Part shown: piece by piece, positions 1-12,565 of the stretch
How positions within the stretch are numbered: position 1 is the stretch's first letter
Layout of the letters: the number at the start of each line of letters is the position of its first letter
NCBI GenBank assembly: GCA_964016885.1
Contig: OZ024741.1
Coordinates: 313,906,001-313,970,000 of the forward strand
From: Eledone cirrhosa
Lineage: Eukaryota
Reading direction: 5' to 3'
DNA length: 64,000 bases
Notes under the pieces: model-generated
Seen by the model: only the letters and a program-made list of their open reading frames with translations
Databases searched by the model: none
What the model was told of the DNA's origin: nothing
Position numbers and translations under genes: made by a program

Positions 1-314
1 AGATCCCCCTAAGCACATACTCGTGAATATATGCAGATACATAGGATAGGTGTACATGCACACATGGTAATACGAGGTACACAATTTAGTTAGTACCAGT
101 TATAAGACACAAACCCATATTCGCACGCCGTGGTGCATTTTGATAGTTATGTATTTATGCATTTCAGTGTGAGGATGCCGGAATTAACCTGTCCTAATAT
201 CTAGGTAATAACAACAGTTAAAGTTAGGGTATGCTAGATAATGTAAGATTATATCTGTGCCTGTGCCTCGAATGTTTACTTTGGGAACAGCAGCAGTAAT
301 CTACTGTCTCAAAT

Positions 315-317
<3 letters not shown>

Positions 318-382
<65 letters not shown>

Positions 383-400
383 ATTATATATATATAATAT
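318..400. repeat. (TA)n microsatellite
   Basis: Direct reading of the sequence. Confidence 0.95.
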
Positions 401-731
401 ATAGGTTTACATATACATAAACTAGACAGAGCCATAGACATAGATATATGTGTGTTTTTGGCAACCATTCACGGTGTGGCTCAATCACGAATTAATTAAT
501 TAAATAATCAACAATCAGAACAATATATAAGAAAGTAAGTCCATAGAATCATTTGATAAAATATATACAGTATTTCTCCTCCCAATCAGCATAATCAAGC
601 AGATAAAAAATTAATTAAACGAGGCTATAAGTTTAAAATGTACGTATGAAGAAACAATAGATAAATAAATGATAGCTATTTTATCCGCGAGCAACAGCCA
701 CAGAAGATTTACCTAGTCTTTCTAATAGCCC

Positions 732-1210
732 GTAGAAATTGACTAGACATATAGCTAACCATACACAATTAGGTACAAAATCAAAGTTAGAATAAAAAAA
801 ATGTACATAAACATACCAAAATTATGTTTTTACCCCATGAGGTTTTATATACTCCCGTATGGTTGAGTAAATAATTAGGCAGTATTCGGCTGCGCATTCT
901 AGCAACCAGCCTACTCGTCGTCAGGCACCAATCACAATCTTTCTGACTTGTCCACTGGCCATGTGACAATTCTAAGCCATTTGAATTCGTTTCTGGCGGG
1001 GATCATTTAAGAAAAATATTTGTCCAATTGAGTTTGTTTCCTGATGATTTCGAAACTCTTTGATTTATCCATGATCGAAAATTTCCAAATAGCGAATGAA
1101 ACCTCATGGGGTAGAAACATAATGTTGGTATCTTTATGTACATTTTTTCTTCTAACTTTGATTTTGTACCTAATTGTGTATGGTTAGCTATGTGTCTAGT
1201 CAATTTCTAC
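732..1210 (+). mobile_element. Small non-coding PLE-like remnant: ~112 bp inverted repeats (732-844 / 1099-1210) with a hammerhead motif
   Basis: gtagaaattgactagaca...taccccatgaggttt is the near-exact reverse complement of aaacctcatggggta...tctagtcaatttctac. The right arm begins inside a hammerhead core. Confidence 0.7.
1035..1119 (+). ncRNA. Type I hammerhead ribozyme-like motif
   Basis: Stem I TGTTTC/GAAACA; core CTGATGA (1041-1047); long stem II region (TTCG...CGAA); GAAA (1098-1101); quasi-palindromic stem III CCTCATGGGG; cleavage triplet GTA. Confidence 0.7.
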
Positions 1211-1710
1211 AAGATAACCAGACGAACATCCATCAGAACAGTTTCCATTCCGCTTGTCACAGTTAATGCTGTTCATACAATGACATGTCCCATTACACTC
1301 TAAACCAAACCTCCCAAATTGGCACTCTGCAAATATCAGTATAGAAAATAATGTTGCAGATATTAATTACATAGTGTTATATATGAGATATCAATTGAAC
1401 AATTTTATACCATATCAATACAATTAAGCTTAAAATGGTCTTGTGATAAACGAATGAAAATTAATACGCTATTGAATTCAGTCATTAGGTGAAGCGAGAA
1501 GAACAAATTCTTGCTATGAAACAAATATTATTCTTGCTTCAAACAAATCATATTCTTGCTGTGAAAAAAATCAGGAGACTAATTTTATTTTATAGCTTAG
1601 CAAAAAAATTTGAATCTATCGTATTAGGAAAATGATATTAATACTAGTAAAATTATTAAACATGAGAATACTGATGTTACATATAATAAGAAAAAATTTG
1701 AAAAATAATT

Positions 1711-1813
1711 GTTTCTACTTTAGGCACAAGGCCAGCAATTACCCAGTGCATTACTGGTACTTTATTTTATCGACCTCGTAAGGATGAAAGGCAAAGTCAA
1801 CCTCGGCGGGATT
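1711..1813 (-). mobile_element. tRNA-derived SINE, 3' half
   Basis: Matches the 3' portion of the full copies at 1836-2050 and 39988-40171. Confidence 0.85.
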
Positions 1814-1835
1814 AGAAAAATTAGAAAAATAATGA

Positions 1836-2050
1836 TTTCTACTATAGGCACAAGGCCAGCAATTGTGGAGGAGTGGAAACTCGATTAAAACCGATCCCAG
1901 TTCGTGACTGGTACTTTATTCTATCGACCCCGTTAGGATGAAAGGCAAAGTTAACCACGGCGGGATTTGAACTCAGATCATAATGGGCCGTAACTCTATT
2001 TTTCCAGCATAGCGTCCGACCCTCTACCGATACTGCCAATTCAGCGCCCT
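1836..2050 (-). mobile_element. Full-length tRNA-derived SINE with 15-bp target-site duplication (TSD)
   Basis: On the minus strand, A-box-like TGGCAGTATCGG and B-box GTTCAAATCC. TSD ttagaaaaataatga at 1821-1835 and 2051-2065. Confidence 0.9.
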
Positions 2051-2414
2051 TTAGAAAAATAATGAAATCGGATTTAGTCTCATATAAATATGCACTGACC
2101 GGTGTAGATGCATACGTTCACGGAAATATAATATACAAATTATACACGCATATATAAACATACATATATACATAAATATATACATACATACATACACATA
2201 TACATACATGCAAACATATATATTGTTCAGCTGATGAAATTTATAATGAAATGAAGATGTACTAATAAAACCGTCACTCATTTATTTTATATATATATAT
2301 ATAAAGAGAGAGAAAATTGAGGTTGGTAATGGCACATGGAATATATAAGAGACAGAATACTTTTTTGGGAAAAAACATATAATTTTATAAGGTAAGGAAA
2401 TAATAAAGGGTATA

Positions 2415-2464
2415 CAAAATGACCGGTTTCGATGGGTCTGCAAAAGCCATCTTTTCAAATGTTG
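2415..2464 (-). ncRNA. Minimal hammerhead ribozyme, U3-A8 core variant, left pseudo-LTR
   Basis: caacat TTGAAAA GATGG-cttttgcagac-CCATC GAAA CCGG TC attttg. Confidence 0.65.
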
Positions 2465-2825
2465 ATTAATATTAAGAAAAATTAATAATAAGAAGAGTTA
2501 AAATTTGAGATTTGAAAATTCAAGTATAAAATTCATTGTGGGATTTCATAGTAGTTTTCATCTTGGTAGCAGCTAGTTGACTGCTGTGTGCCTTTCTGGT
2601 AGTGAATGAGATGTTATTTGGGGGTGTGGGTTATTTTATAAAGGTCAGATTTAGCAATGGCCAGATGGCCAACTGCTGGCCAGTGAGGGGGAGGAAGCAA
2701 TATACATACATATATCTCCCTGTGGTCGGTAGGAGAGGGGAGATTGATAGAAAGGGATTATTGCACTTACACCTATATATACACACATACCTTCATCCAC
2801 ACATACATACATATACATATACATA

Positions 2826-2859
<34 letters not shown>

Positions 2860-3132
2860 CACACATACATACACACACACATACATATACATACACACAT
2901 ACACACACACATATATGCACATACACACACATATATATATACACACACACACATATATATACATACACATACATCCAGATACACACATACACACACACAT
3001 ATATATACACATACACACACATATATATACACACACACACACATATATATATACACATACGCATACATCCAGATACACACATACATACACACACACACAC
3101 ACACGCACACGCAATACATACATCCACATGCA

Positions 3133-3172
<40 letters not shown>

Positions 3173-3328
3173 TACATACACCCACACACAGAGAAATGGC
3201 CTCCAAATATATACATATACATACATACGCATATATTTTTTCCATAATATAAGAAGTTAGGACAGTGAAATTAAAATACAAGTCATTCTGATCACATTGA
3301 GTTCTTCATGTAGATTGGGCCCCGCAAC

Positions 3329-5057
3329 ATAAATACCGCAACAGCTTAACCACAAAAGAGTTTAACTATATAAGCCACTTCTAATGCAATACAAGCTCTT
3401 TTTACGGCTTACCGAAACTCCACAAATGTAAACCCATAAACGATGCATGTGACACCTCAACCAACAATTACATTGAACTAACACCACCAGAAGACCTAAA
3501 ACTCAGGCCAATTATAGCAGGCCCTACATGTGAAACCCACAGACTTAGCAACTTTCTGGACATCCTACTGAAACCCTTTCTACAACATATACAGAGCTAC
3601 ATACGAGATGACCGTGACATGCTGAAACACCTCCCTAAAACAGTAAGTGCAAATACAATTCTTGTCTCCTTTGACGTAATAAACCTCTACACAAACATAC
3701 CCCACAACTATGGAATAACAGCAATCCAATACTGGCTTATCACACACCCATCAGAAATACCGACACGCATCAACACAGATTTTATCACTGACGGACTCCG
3801 CTTTATCCTACAAAATAACTACTTAACATTCAATGGTTCAACATACAGACAAGTATCAGGTACGGCAATGGGCACGAAAGTAGCACCCACATATGCCAAC
3901 CTAGTCATGGGATTCCATGAACAACAAATATACAGTCAGTCCCTTCTCTTATTTGGAGACTCTTTCCACACACACCCCAAAGCCAATTGGAAAAGATATC
4001 TGACGACTGCTTTATCCTATGGCAAGAAGACATGAACTCACTTACTATGTTTAAAAACATGATAAACAACATAGATAATAACATACAATTCACGATGGAA
4101 TCCAATCCCAAGGAATTAGCCTTCTTGGATATTCTCATCTATGTAATAGACGGGAAATTAGATACAGATATATTCTATAAACCCACAGATTCCAAGCAAT
4201 ACCTCTTTTTCACATCAAGTCACCCAAAACATACAAAACTTAACATTCCTTACAATTTGGCCAAACGTATATGTACCATAGTATCAGATCCACCTAAACG
4301 GGAGCAAAGACTAAAGGAACTAAAAGACACCCTTATCTTAAGAGCCTTTCCACTTGAAATAATCAACAATGGAATAGACAGGGCAAAACACCTAAATCCC
4401 CATCAACTTAACAATCCAAAACAGAAAACCACACTCAACACCCTGCCATATGTATCCACTTTCAACCCCAGAAATACCGAAATGTTTGATCACCTACACA
4501 AAAACCTCCCCATCCTACTTAAAGATGTAAAAATGAAGTCTATTCTTGAAACACACAAGATCCTTAAAAGTAAAAGACAACCCAAATCACTAAAACGCAT
4601 TCTCACTGGACCAAATATACCCAAACCAATCCTCAACCCTACAGTTACCAAATTTGGTAGAACAAACTGTGGAACGTGCCTCTACCTCACTGAAGGACAA
4701 AAATTTACATTTAAAGATGGCCAAACATTTACAGTAAAAAACAATTTCACCTGCAACTCGGAGAACTTGATTTACGCAATAACTTGCGGTGGGTGCAAAC
4801 ACATCTACATAGGACAGACGGGCACCTCATTACGCAAAAGAATGACCATCCACCGCCAACAAATCCGGGACGCTAACACAAGAAAAATCCCCTTGAGCAG
4901 CCATATTGCGAACTGCGCAGGAATGACACTACCCAACTTTAAAATCTTCCCCTTCTACAAGTGCTCAGATTCGTTCACACAGCAACAAAGAATAAACAAA
5001 GAAAATCTATTCCTTAACAAATTTAAACCAAAACTAAACGGGTTATCACCCCAATAG
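3329..5057 (+). pseudogene. 5'-truncated PLE reverse transcriptase + GIY-YIG endonuclease, frameshifted in the catalytic YxDD motif (~4000)
   Basis: FYGLPKLHK, LRPIIAG, SFDVINLYTNIP, GTAMGTKVAPTYANL, WKRY/DDCFILW, FLDI, YKPTD, CxxC, IYAITCGGCKHIYIGQTG-R-H. ORFs 3619-4035 and 3987-5057. Confidence 0.93.
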
Positions 5058-5612
5058 AATTGTCATAAAATATAAACACACATACGCACGGAGTGACAGA
5101 TATATGTGTTTGTATGTGTGCATGTATATAATTATCACTACTATTAAAGACCAGAGACCAATTCTGTAGAATCAGGTTTATTCGTTGACAGACCATGCCT
5201 TTGTGTGACCAACACATCCATGTTAAACCCTGCACGTGTACACACATATATCTATATATATATGCGCACACAGAATTCACCACTGTCGGTTGCGGGGCCC
5301 AATCTACATGAAGAACTCAATGTGATCAGAATGACTTGTATTTTAATTTCACTGTCCTAACTTCATATATTATGGAAAAAATATATGTGTATGTATGTAT
5401 ATATATATATTTGGAGGCCATTTCTCTGTGTGTGGGTGTATGTATGTGTATATATATGTGTGTGTGTGTGTGTGTGTATGTATGTGTGTATCTGGATGTA
5501 TGTGTATGTATATATATGTGTGTCTGTGTATATATATATGTGTGTGTGTATGTGCATATATGTGTGTGTGTATGTGTGTATGTATATGTATGTGTGTGTG
5601 TATGTATGTGTG

Positions 5613-5661
<49 letters not shown>

Positions 5662-6022
5662 ATGTATATGTATATGTATGTATGTGTGGATGAAGGTATG
5701 TGTGTATATATAGGTGTAAGTGCACTAAATCCCTTTCTATCAATCTCCCCTCTCCTACCGATCACAGGGAGATATATGTATGTATATTGCTTCCACCCCC
5801 TCACTGACCAGCAGCTGGCCATCTGGCCATTGCTAAATCTGACCTTTATAAAATAACCCACACCCCCAAATAACTTCTCATTCACTACCAGAAAGGCACA
5901 CAGCAGTCAACTAGCTGCTACCAAGATGAAAACTACTATGAAATCCCACAATGAATTTTATACTTGAATTTTCAAATCTCAAATTTTAACTCTTCTTATT
6001 ATTAATTTTTCTTAATATTAAT

Positions 6023-6071
6023 CAACATTTGAAAAAATGGCTTTGCAGACCCATCGAAACCGGTCATTTTG
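6023..6071 (+). ncRNA. Minimal hammerhead ribozyme motif, right pseudo-LTR (G10.1>A)
   Basis: caacat TTGAAAA AATGG-ctttgcagac-CCATC GAAA CCGG TC attttg. Confidence 0.6.
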
Positions 6072-6209
6072 TATACCTTTTATTATTTCCTTACCGTATA
6101 AAATTATGTTTTTTCACAAAAAATATTCTGTCTCTTATATATTCCATGTGCCATTACCAACCTCAATTTTCTCTATAACCGTCGTTTTGTGTAGTAAATT
6201 ACACTTTTC

Positions 6210-6269
<60 letters not shown>

Positions 6270-7559
6270 ATACACATATATGGATGGACCTCTGCTCCTA
6301 AGTTGAATGTTTCTATATTTCTTGTATATTCTATATGTCATATATAGCTTATATATTTTTAACATGAATGCAATGTATCATGCACTTCTGACTGTTAATT
6401 TTTATATAAGAGCTTTTCGGCGCTACTTTTTTTTTACAACGGTTGTTCCCAAAATGTGGGTGTTCTACATTTTAGCCATTATCCTTGGGTTTCTGATTAT
6501 TTATATAATTACAAGTTTTCATACATGTCATGTTGAATAATGCAGGAGTATCTAGTTTAGGCGTACAGTTATTGTCCTAGTTGGGTTTAGATAGAGTCAT
6601 GCAATGCGAGATAATATTAAGGTTAATGTCATTCATAGAGGGTTTGAAAGTACGTATGTTTGTTTTCCCATAGCTAAATCTATGTCATGCCTCATTGTAA
6701 AATTGAGTTTTTGTTCGAAGAGAGTCTAGATTACGGTTAGATACGTTGTTAATATATTTTAGTATAGATCTAGGATGGTTAGACAGATAAATAACGTAGA
6801 AAGGTTGTTCACATGGCATAAGAATAGATTCGTATTGTGCCATCGATTGGTCTCTAATTGCTACTAACTCTCGACCTCAAGTGTCATGGAACTATTCACA
6901 TCTTACCCAAACTAATAGTGGACACGACCATTATATTTTGTCATATATAAATTACGCATCAGTTCCAACGATGTTTATCAGTAGGTGTGTGTGTGATAAA
7001 TTTACATCCATAAAATAATTTCGTTATACATACTACGTTAAACACAGACCGACAAACACACGCGAGTGTTTGTTTCGGTGTAAAGGTTTTGCATGGAGAC
7101 ATGTTTAACATGTAATGAAGTAAACGTAGCAATGAGAATTTTAACAATGGGCATTTCTCAATAGGGATGATCACATTGAGGGCTGCCCATGGAAACCCTC
7201 GCACACACACAAACCACGCTTGACAGTTTTCCCCCTCCAATCGAAAAGCCCATACTCACAGCAGGCCCATTCACATGGGATATTCTGGCCTCTTTCACCC
7301 ACCCTACGACAAACTCCTTGGAAGTTAGCACTTCCCTCTACTCTCTGATTTTCCACTTCAATTGAACCCGAAAATGTTAATTAAGACTTCACCGAAGAGG
7401 AAACTCCTTATCTTCAACCTTTTCTATTGTGTAACTCACAAGACCTATTTCGCCATGGGTACACGGCCGATAAAACCTGCCTGCCATTTGCTTTGAAGGA
7501 ATGCGGTCGGATAATCTTGACGGTGAACTCAGCTGATAGCTGAATCCGTTCTGCAGGTG

Positions 7560-9330
7560 ACAACAAGTGTTCGACATAAACCCTCAAGACAGCAATGCTT
7601 AGACATTGAACTCCCTGCATGCAACTCAGAGAGGCCCGGTCTACGGAACTTCCATTTCCGTAGAATTTAACTGGAACTGGTATACTCACCGGTAGCACTG
7701 CAAATCCAGGAATTTCCGGGCGTTATTTATTTGGCTCTGGACAGAGGTTTCTCCAAATAAAAAGTGATTAATTTGTTATCTTCGGCGCCAAGAGTCTCCC
7801 CAAGAACGTCATCAATTTTACCTTCCACTAACATGTATAGCTCGCCAAGGTGGAATTTCCATGTATCGATAAGGACTGTGGGCGATTCAAGATATTCGGA
7901 CGATGCTGTTAGCTTGTATAGACCTGCCTCTTTAGATGCCCTGCTGCGGGCCCATCTACACTTCTATAATTATGGTTTCGTTTCCACTTTATACTTCCGA
8001 ACTACTGTGCCTATCATCTGGATGTGTTTGGTGCGCGTCACGCTAAAATGATGACGTTCCCTGACTGCTGCGTGGTTCAATCAGATCCTAGTGCACGTGG
8101 GATGCTCCCCAGCATCTCCAATATGTGTAGTAATGGCTTCAGAGTCAATACTTACAAATGGGCATGAGAGGATAAATGAATCTAATGTAACATGCCTTGA
8201 AGTTTGGAGACTAATAGCGTTGGCCCACCCTATCAAAAGCTTTCGATTGATCTAAATCGTTAAGGATCACACATGTACATGTTTTCTTAACCACATTTTC
8301 TATGATGTATCACATGAGGTAGTGGTTTACCTGGGATGGCGAATGTTTGCACCTCCTATACCTGACAACCACCAGCAATCAAGCCTAAAATGATTAATAT
8401 TGTCACATTTATTTGGGTCCTTTGTCAGCAGTGTCACTGATCCTTGCCTCATAGAAGTGGGAATTATCCCGTTCTGCTGCCAGGTGCAGTAGACTTTAGA
8501 CAATACGTCACCGAATTCTGGAAAGTAAACCTAAAGCCCGTAGGGTAGACCATCAAAATCAGGCAATTTAGTCCTCGTGCAGTTAGTCGTTTCCTCCTGT
8601 ATTGCGGCAGCAGTTATTGGCTCTTCGCAACATTTTGCCTCCGTCGTCGAGACCCGGGATGGGCAGTACAGGTAGGCACTAAAGTCCAACCCATGGTCCA
8701 GCTCAGCGCTGCTACCGGACAGTCGGGCAAAGTGTTGCTGAAACGTCACACACATCTGTTCGGGATCGAGTAACATGCACCCATAGAAAGGTTCCAAAGA
8801 TCGGATTGCGGCTTTGTTACCCCGCTGTGCCTAAGCTACTCGGACCCATGGGAAAGGTTTCGTCTACCCGTGTCTAAGATCACACCCCTTACTTCTGTCT
8901 ATGCATCCTTCGGGCTGAGAATTGAACTATTGGTCCAGAACCAATCTCGCCGCAAACACGTTGGTTGCGATTATACATTGCTAAATGCTTTTACTAGAGA
9001 TTTATCTAGATCTCCCTCTACTCCAATATTTTCTATTGCTACGGCTTTACTAAACATTATCTACTCGACTTTAATCGCCATTTTGAGACCGTATCGTCAG
9101 TTGTTGCCGACGAGTGCGCTGTCAACGTCCGCTTAACTAATTCCCATAACCATTCTCTTTAGGTTTTGTGCACCGGGAATAAAGCGTTCAGCTTCCAGTA
9201 ACCGGGTTCTTGCCTATCTATATCTACCACACAGTAACCAATTCATGCTTGTGTATTCGACTATTATAAACTGTGGACAACCTATGCTATCCTTGCTGGC
9301 TTCCCACACACCACTATCTGAGACACTAAA
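7560..9330 (-). mobile_element. Old, degenerate Tx1-like non-LTR retrotransposon fragment
   Basis: ORF 8531-8797 (QMCVTFQQHFARL...CCEEPIT...PDFDGLPY) is homologous to ORF2 of the element at 50194-56060. Ends approximate. Confidence 0.8.
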
Positions 9331-9359
9331 CAGAATTGGGCTAGGGTATCAATGCTACA

Positions 9360-10050
9360 ATTAATAAAATTAACCATCTCCTATATATGGATGATCTAAA
9401 GCTCCTATGCTACAATTGAAACACAACTCCAAACACTGCTCCAAACTGTAAACGGAATCAGAAAATAGATAAGTATAAAATGTGGATTAGTAAAATGTGC
9501 CAAGGCAACTCTGAAGAGAGGGAAACTAGTGAAAGCAATAATATCATGTTTGAGACAAGTAACAGAAATAAGAGAAGTAGATAAAACTCATACAAATACT
9601 TAGCAATCAACGAACTAGATAAGATTCAGCACACACTGATGAAAGAAAAGATTAGAAAAGAATACCACAGAAGAATTGGGTTGATACTTAAAACTAAAAG
9701 CAAAGAATAAGATGATTGGCATCAACACTTTAGTAATCCCAGTAATGACATACGGCTTTAACATTCTGAACTGGACACTAGAAGAACTAGCTAGAATAGA
9801 TAGAAAAACAAGAAAAATAATGACTGCATTTAGAATGGAGCATCCAAAATCAGACGTAGAAAGATTATACCTACCAAGAACACAAGGAGTATTGGGCCTC
9901 ATGCAACTAGAAATCTCTTGTAAAATATATAATAAAATCAAAGGAAAGCTAATACAAATAGCCACGAAACATGAACAAAGCAACAAAGTGTTTTCGGTCT
10001 GCAAGGAAGCCAAAAAGATCAAATCAGAAACAGGAATAACAGATAATTGC
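9360..10050 (+). mobile_element. Degenerate R4/Dong-like RT fragment, related to 61085-64000
   Basis: INHLLYMDDLK, GINTLVIPVMTY, IDRKTRK, HPKSDVERLYLPR. Confidence 0.85.
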
Positions 10051-10061
10051 GTTGAAGATGA

Positions 10062-10127
10062 AAAGGAGGAAGCTAGCGACTCTGTAGGATCTGTGGAGGG
10101 AGATAGATAGATAGATAGAGAGAGAGG

Positions 10128-10198
<71 letters not shown>

Positions 10199-10712
10199 CT
10201 GGATCACACCGTATCCGAGTGTAAACATCTAGCCCAGACTCACTATAAAGATTGGAGGCACGATATAATGGGAAAGGTGATTCACTGGCATTTATGCGTA
10301 GTAAATAATTTACCATATTCTGAGAAGTGGCATGATCAGAGACGGTGATAGAAAACGATCAATTGAAGCTGCTATGGCATTTCGGGATACTGACAGACAG
10401 GCAATTGGAACACAACAGGCTTGACCTGGTAGTTTTGTCAAGGAAAAAAGATCGTGCCTGATTGTAGTTGTTGCATCCTCCTTTGACACAAGTGTGCAAG
10501 AAGAGGAGAAGTGGAAAATTAAACGATACCAGAATTTAAAGTGTGAACTAAAAAGTATTTGTGACTGTCATGAGATCAAAGTCTTCCCGATTGTCATTGG
10601 AGCACTAGGTATTATAGCGAAGAGTTTTCAAAGATGGTTAAAGAACATTAGTCCAACTCCTTTTCTGGAACACTTCAAAAGGTATACATGCTTGGAACAG
10701 CAGGAACCATCC
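10062..10712 (+). mobile_element. R4/Dong-like zinc knuckle + RLE fragment with an internal (AGAT)n/(AG)n expansion
   Basis: Homologous to ~59415-59985; HTVSECKHLAQTHYKDWRHD, PIVIGALG. Confidence 0.88.
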
Positions 10713-11659
10713 GATGGCCGGTCGTACCGTCTATTTATTTTACCTTTCTTGTCGAATTCTGTGGTTCTTCTATTTTAATAATAAAGTGTTTCCTGTGGGT
10801 AGACAAAGGCGTTCAAATGTTTTCAAGATAAATGTAGAGATTAGAATGATAATGGTATGAACATCTCCAGATCAGAAAGTTATAAGAATACAGCAACACA
10901 TTATGCGTGCCATATCAACATTGTTCTATCCGAAAATTGGTCCAACGTATGTAGTTTTGATGGATGCTACTAGGGTTTTGCATGAGGAAGAAATTATTGT
11001 AACTTAAGTGCTTCTTCTATTCCAAAGTTGATTAGGTTAAATTTATCTTTTTTATTAGCATATTTGTTGTTCATGTTTTTTTTTGTTTTGTTTGCCCATT
11101 GAATATCAGCTACCAGCTGCAATTATAATCTCATGCAGTCTCCTACTTCGTTGCTGATATTTTGTAACTACTTGATTATGTCTAAGTTGTAATTCATGTA
11201 AATAGTAAAGAGAAATGGGACCACCAGTGCCGCTTCGGATGAGATTTGCTGATCTTGATCGTACTCATTCGATCACAGCGTGTTAGGATATGTTCAGGAG
11301 GAAACCATCAATCTATTGTAGTAATTTTCTGTGAATTTGAACGCAGGATAGATACTATAACTGGATTCCGTAATTCACACGTTCAAACATGTTATATATA
11401 TATTTGCCAAGGGACCGATACTGAACAAACTCTCTCAAGACTGACCGAATTGCATGCACAAATCTTTGCAGCTTTCAAACATCTTAAGCCAGTGTTGATG
11501 CCAGACGGCTAAACCATTTTCTTAAAAACCCCACTCGACAAAATATTTCCTCCACCCCAATTTTGACCCGCCTCACGGCACTATGGTTGTGTGATACTTC
11601 ATACCTATCTGCTTTTTCCACATGTATAACGTATTTCAATATAATATATATATATGTGA

Positions 11660-11699
<40 letters not shown>

Positions 11700-11881
11700 C
11701 GTTTCTGAATTTAATAAAATAATGAATAAACAAAGAAACAGTTCCTTATATTAAAAAAAATTTCATCATTTTACGATCGTTTCTAGGATATATATGTGTT
11801 AGAGTTGGTATGCATATTCTATATATCTATGTACAATATTTATACAAACTATCAGAGGGAATATACATACCTACACATATA

Positions 11882-12270
11882 TATGCTGTCTTCAGAAATA
11901 ATGATATTTGTTTATTGAAAAAAACAAAGATTCAATACAATAGGTCTGTTTGGGAACAGGTTTTGAATTGACCAATAGAGAGATAGTGAGGGTCAAGATA
12001 GTAATATAGTAGTAGAATAACCTTAAATTATGGGTAGAGGAAGGTAGATTTCAGTTTTGGATGGAAAAGAATATTATGAATGAAGGATTATTTTAGGGAA
12101 GAAAATAGGTCGTATGCTGACCTCAGAAATAATTTTATTTGTTCATTGAATAAAACCAACAAAGATCTAATATATTCTGTCTGTTTGGTAAGAGGTTTAG
12201 AATTAACCAATAGAAAGTTAATAATTGGCCAAATGGTAAAATAGTAGTAATTGAAGCTTATTTTAGGGGT
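11882..12270. repeat. Diverged direct repeat, ~155 bp units about 231 bp apart
   Basis: tatgctg.c.tcagaaataat...tctgtttgg...gaatt.accaatag...atagtagta occurs at ~11882 and ~12113. Confidence 0.75.
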
Positions 12271-12531
12271 GAAAATAGGTCAGGTGGTCAGTAAAAGGTA
12301 TACAAGCAGTTGCTGTTATAAAATAGTAATGTCAATGCAAATATCTAAGGAGACTAAAGTTTTACGATAAGAGTGTTAGTGAAAAAAATACATCTATGAA
12401 AAGAATATAAATTAATATATATATATAAATATAGAAGTGGATGGATACTTCAACAGGTACAATGTACTTGTAGAAATATTCAAGTTGTTTATAATACATG
12501 TGGTTCAATGGCACTAATTCGAGATACATAT

Positions 12532-12559
<28 letters not shown>

Positions 12560-12565
<6 letters not shown>

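Larger units (their letters stand above)
2309..6174 (+). mobile_element. Penelope-like element (Neptune-type) with inverted pseudo-LTRs (2309-3328 / 5289-6174)
   Basis: RT+GIY-YIG coding region flanked by ~0.9-1.0 kb inverted repeats, each containing a CA/TA microsatellite and a hammerhead motif. Confidence 0.92.

Noticed and set aside
1960-2050. tRNA gene
   Set aside because: The A/B boxes belong to a SINE head, with a TSD and multiple dispersed copies; no complete cloverleaf was evident.
2229-2280. CTGATGA...GAAA possible hammerhead
   Set aside because: Stems I-III cannot be paired convincingly.
2602-3281. Many 100-200 aa ORFs rich in Y/I/H/T/C/V/M (also 5336-5885, 13463-13690, 18875-21576)
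   Set aside because: Translations of TA/CA/GA microsatellites, which lack stop codons in several frames.
6454-6540. Hydrophobic MWVFYILAIILGFLII as a signal-peptide exon for the EGF gene
   Set aside because: No convincing splice donor, and T-rich DNA yields such peptides by chance.
11765-11860. Minus-strand GAAACGATCGTA with upstream CTGATAG
   Set aside because: The core is defective and stem I absent; at best a decayed hammerhead.
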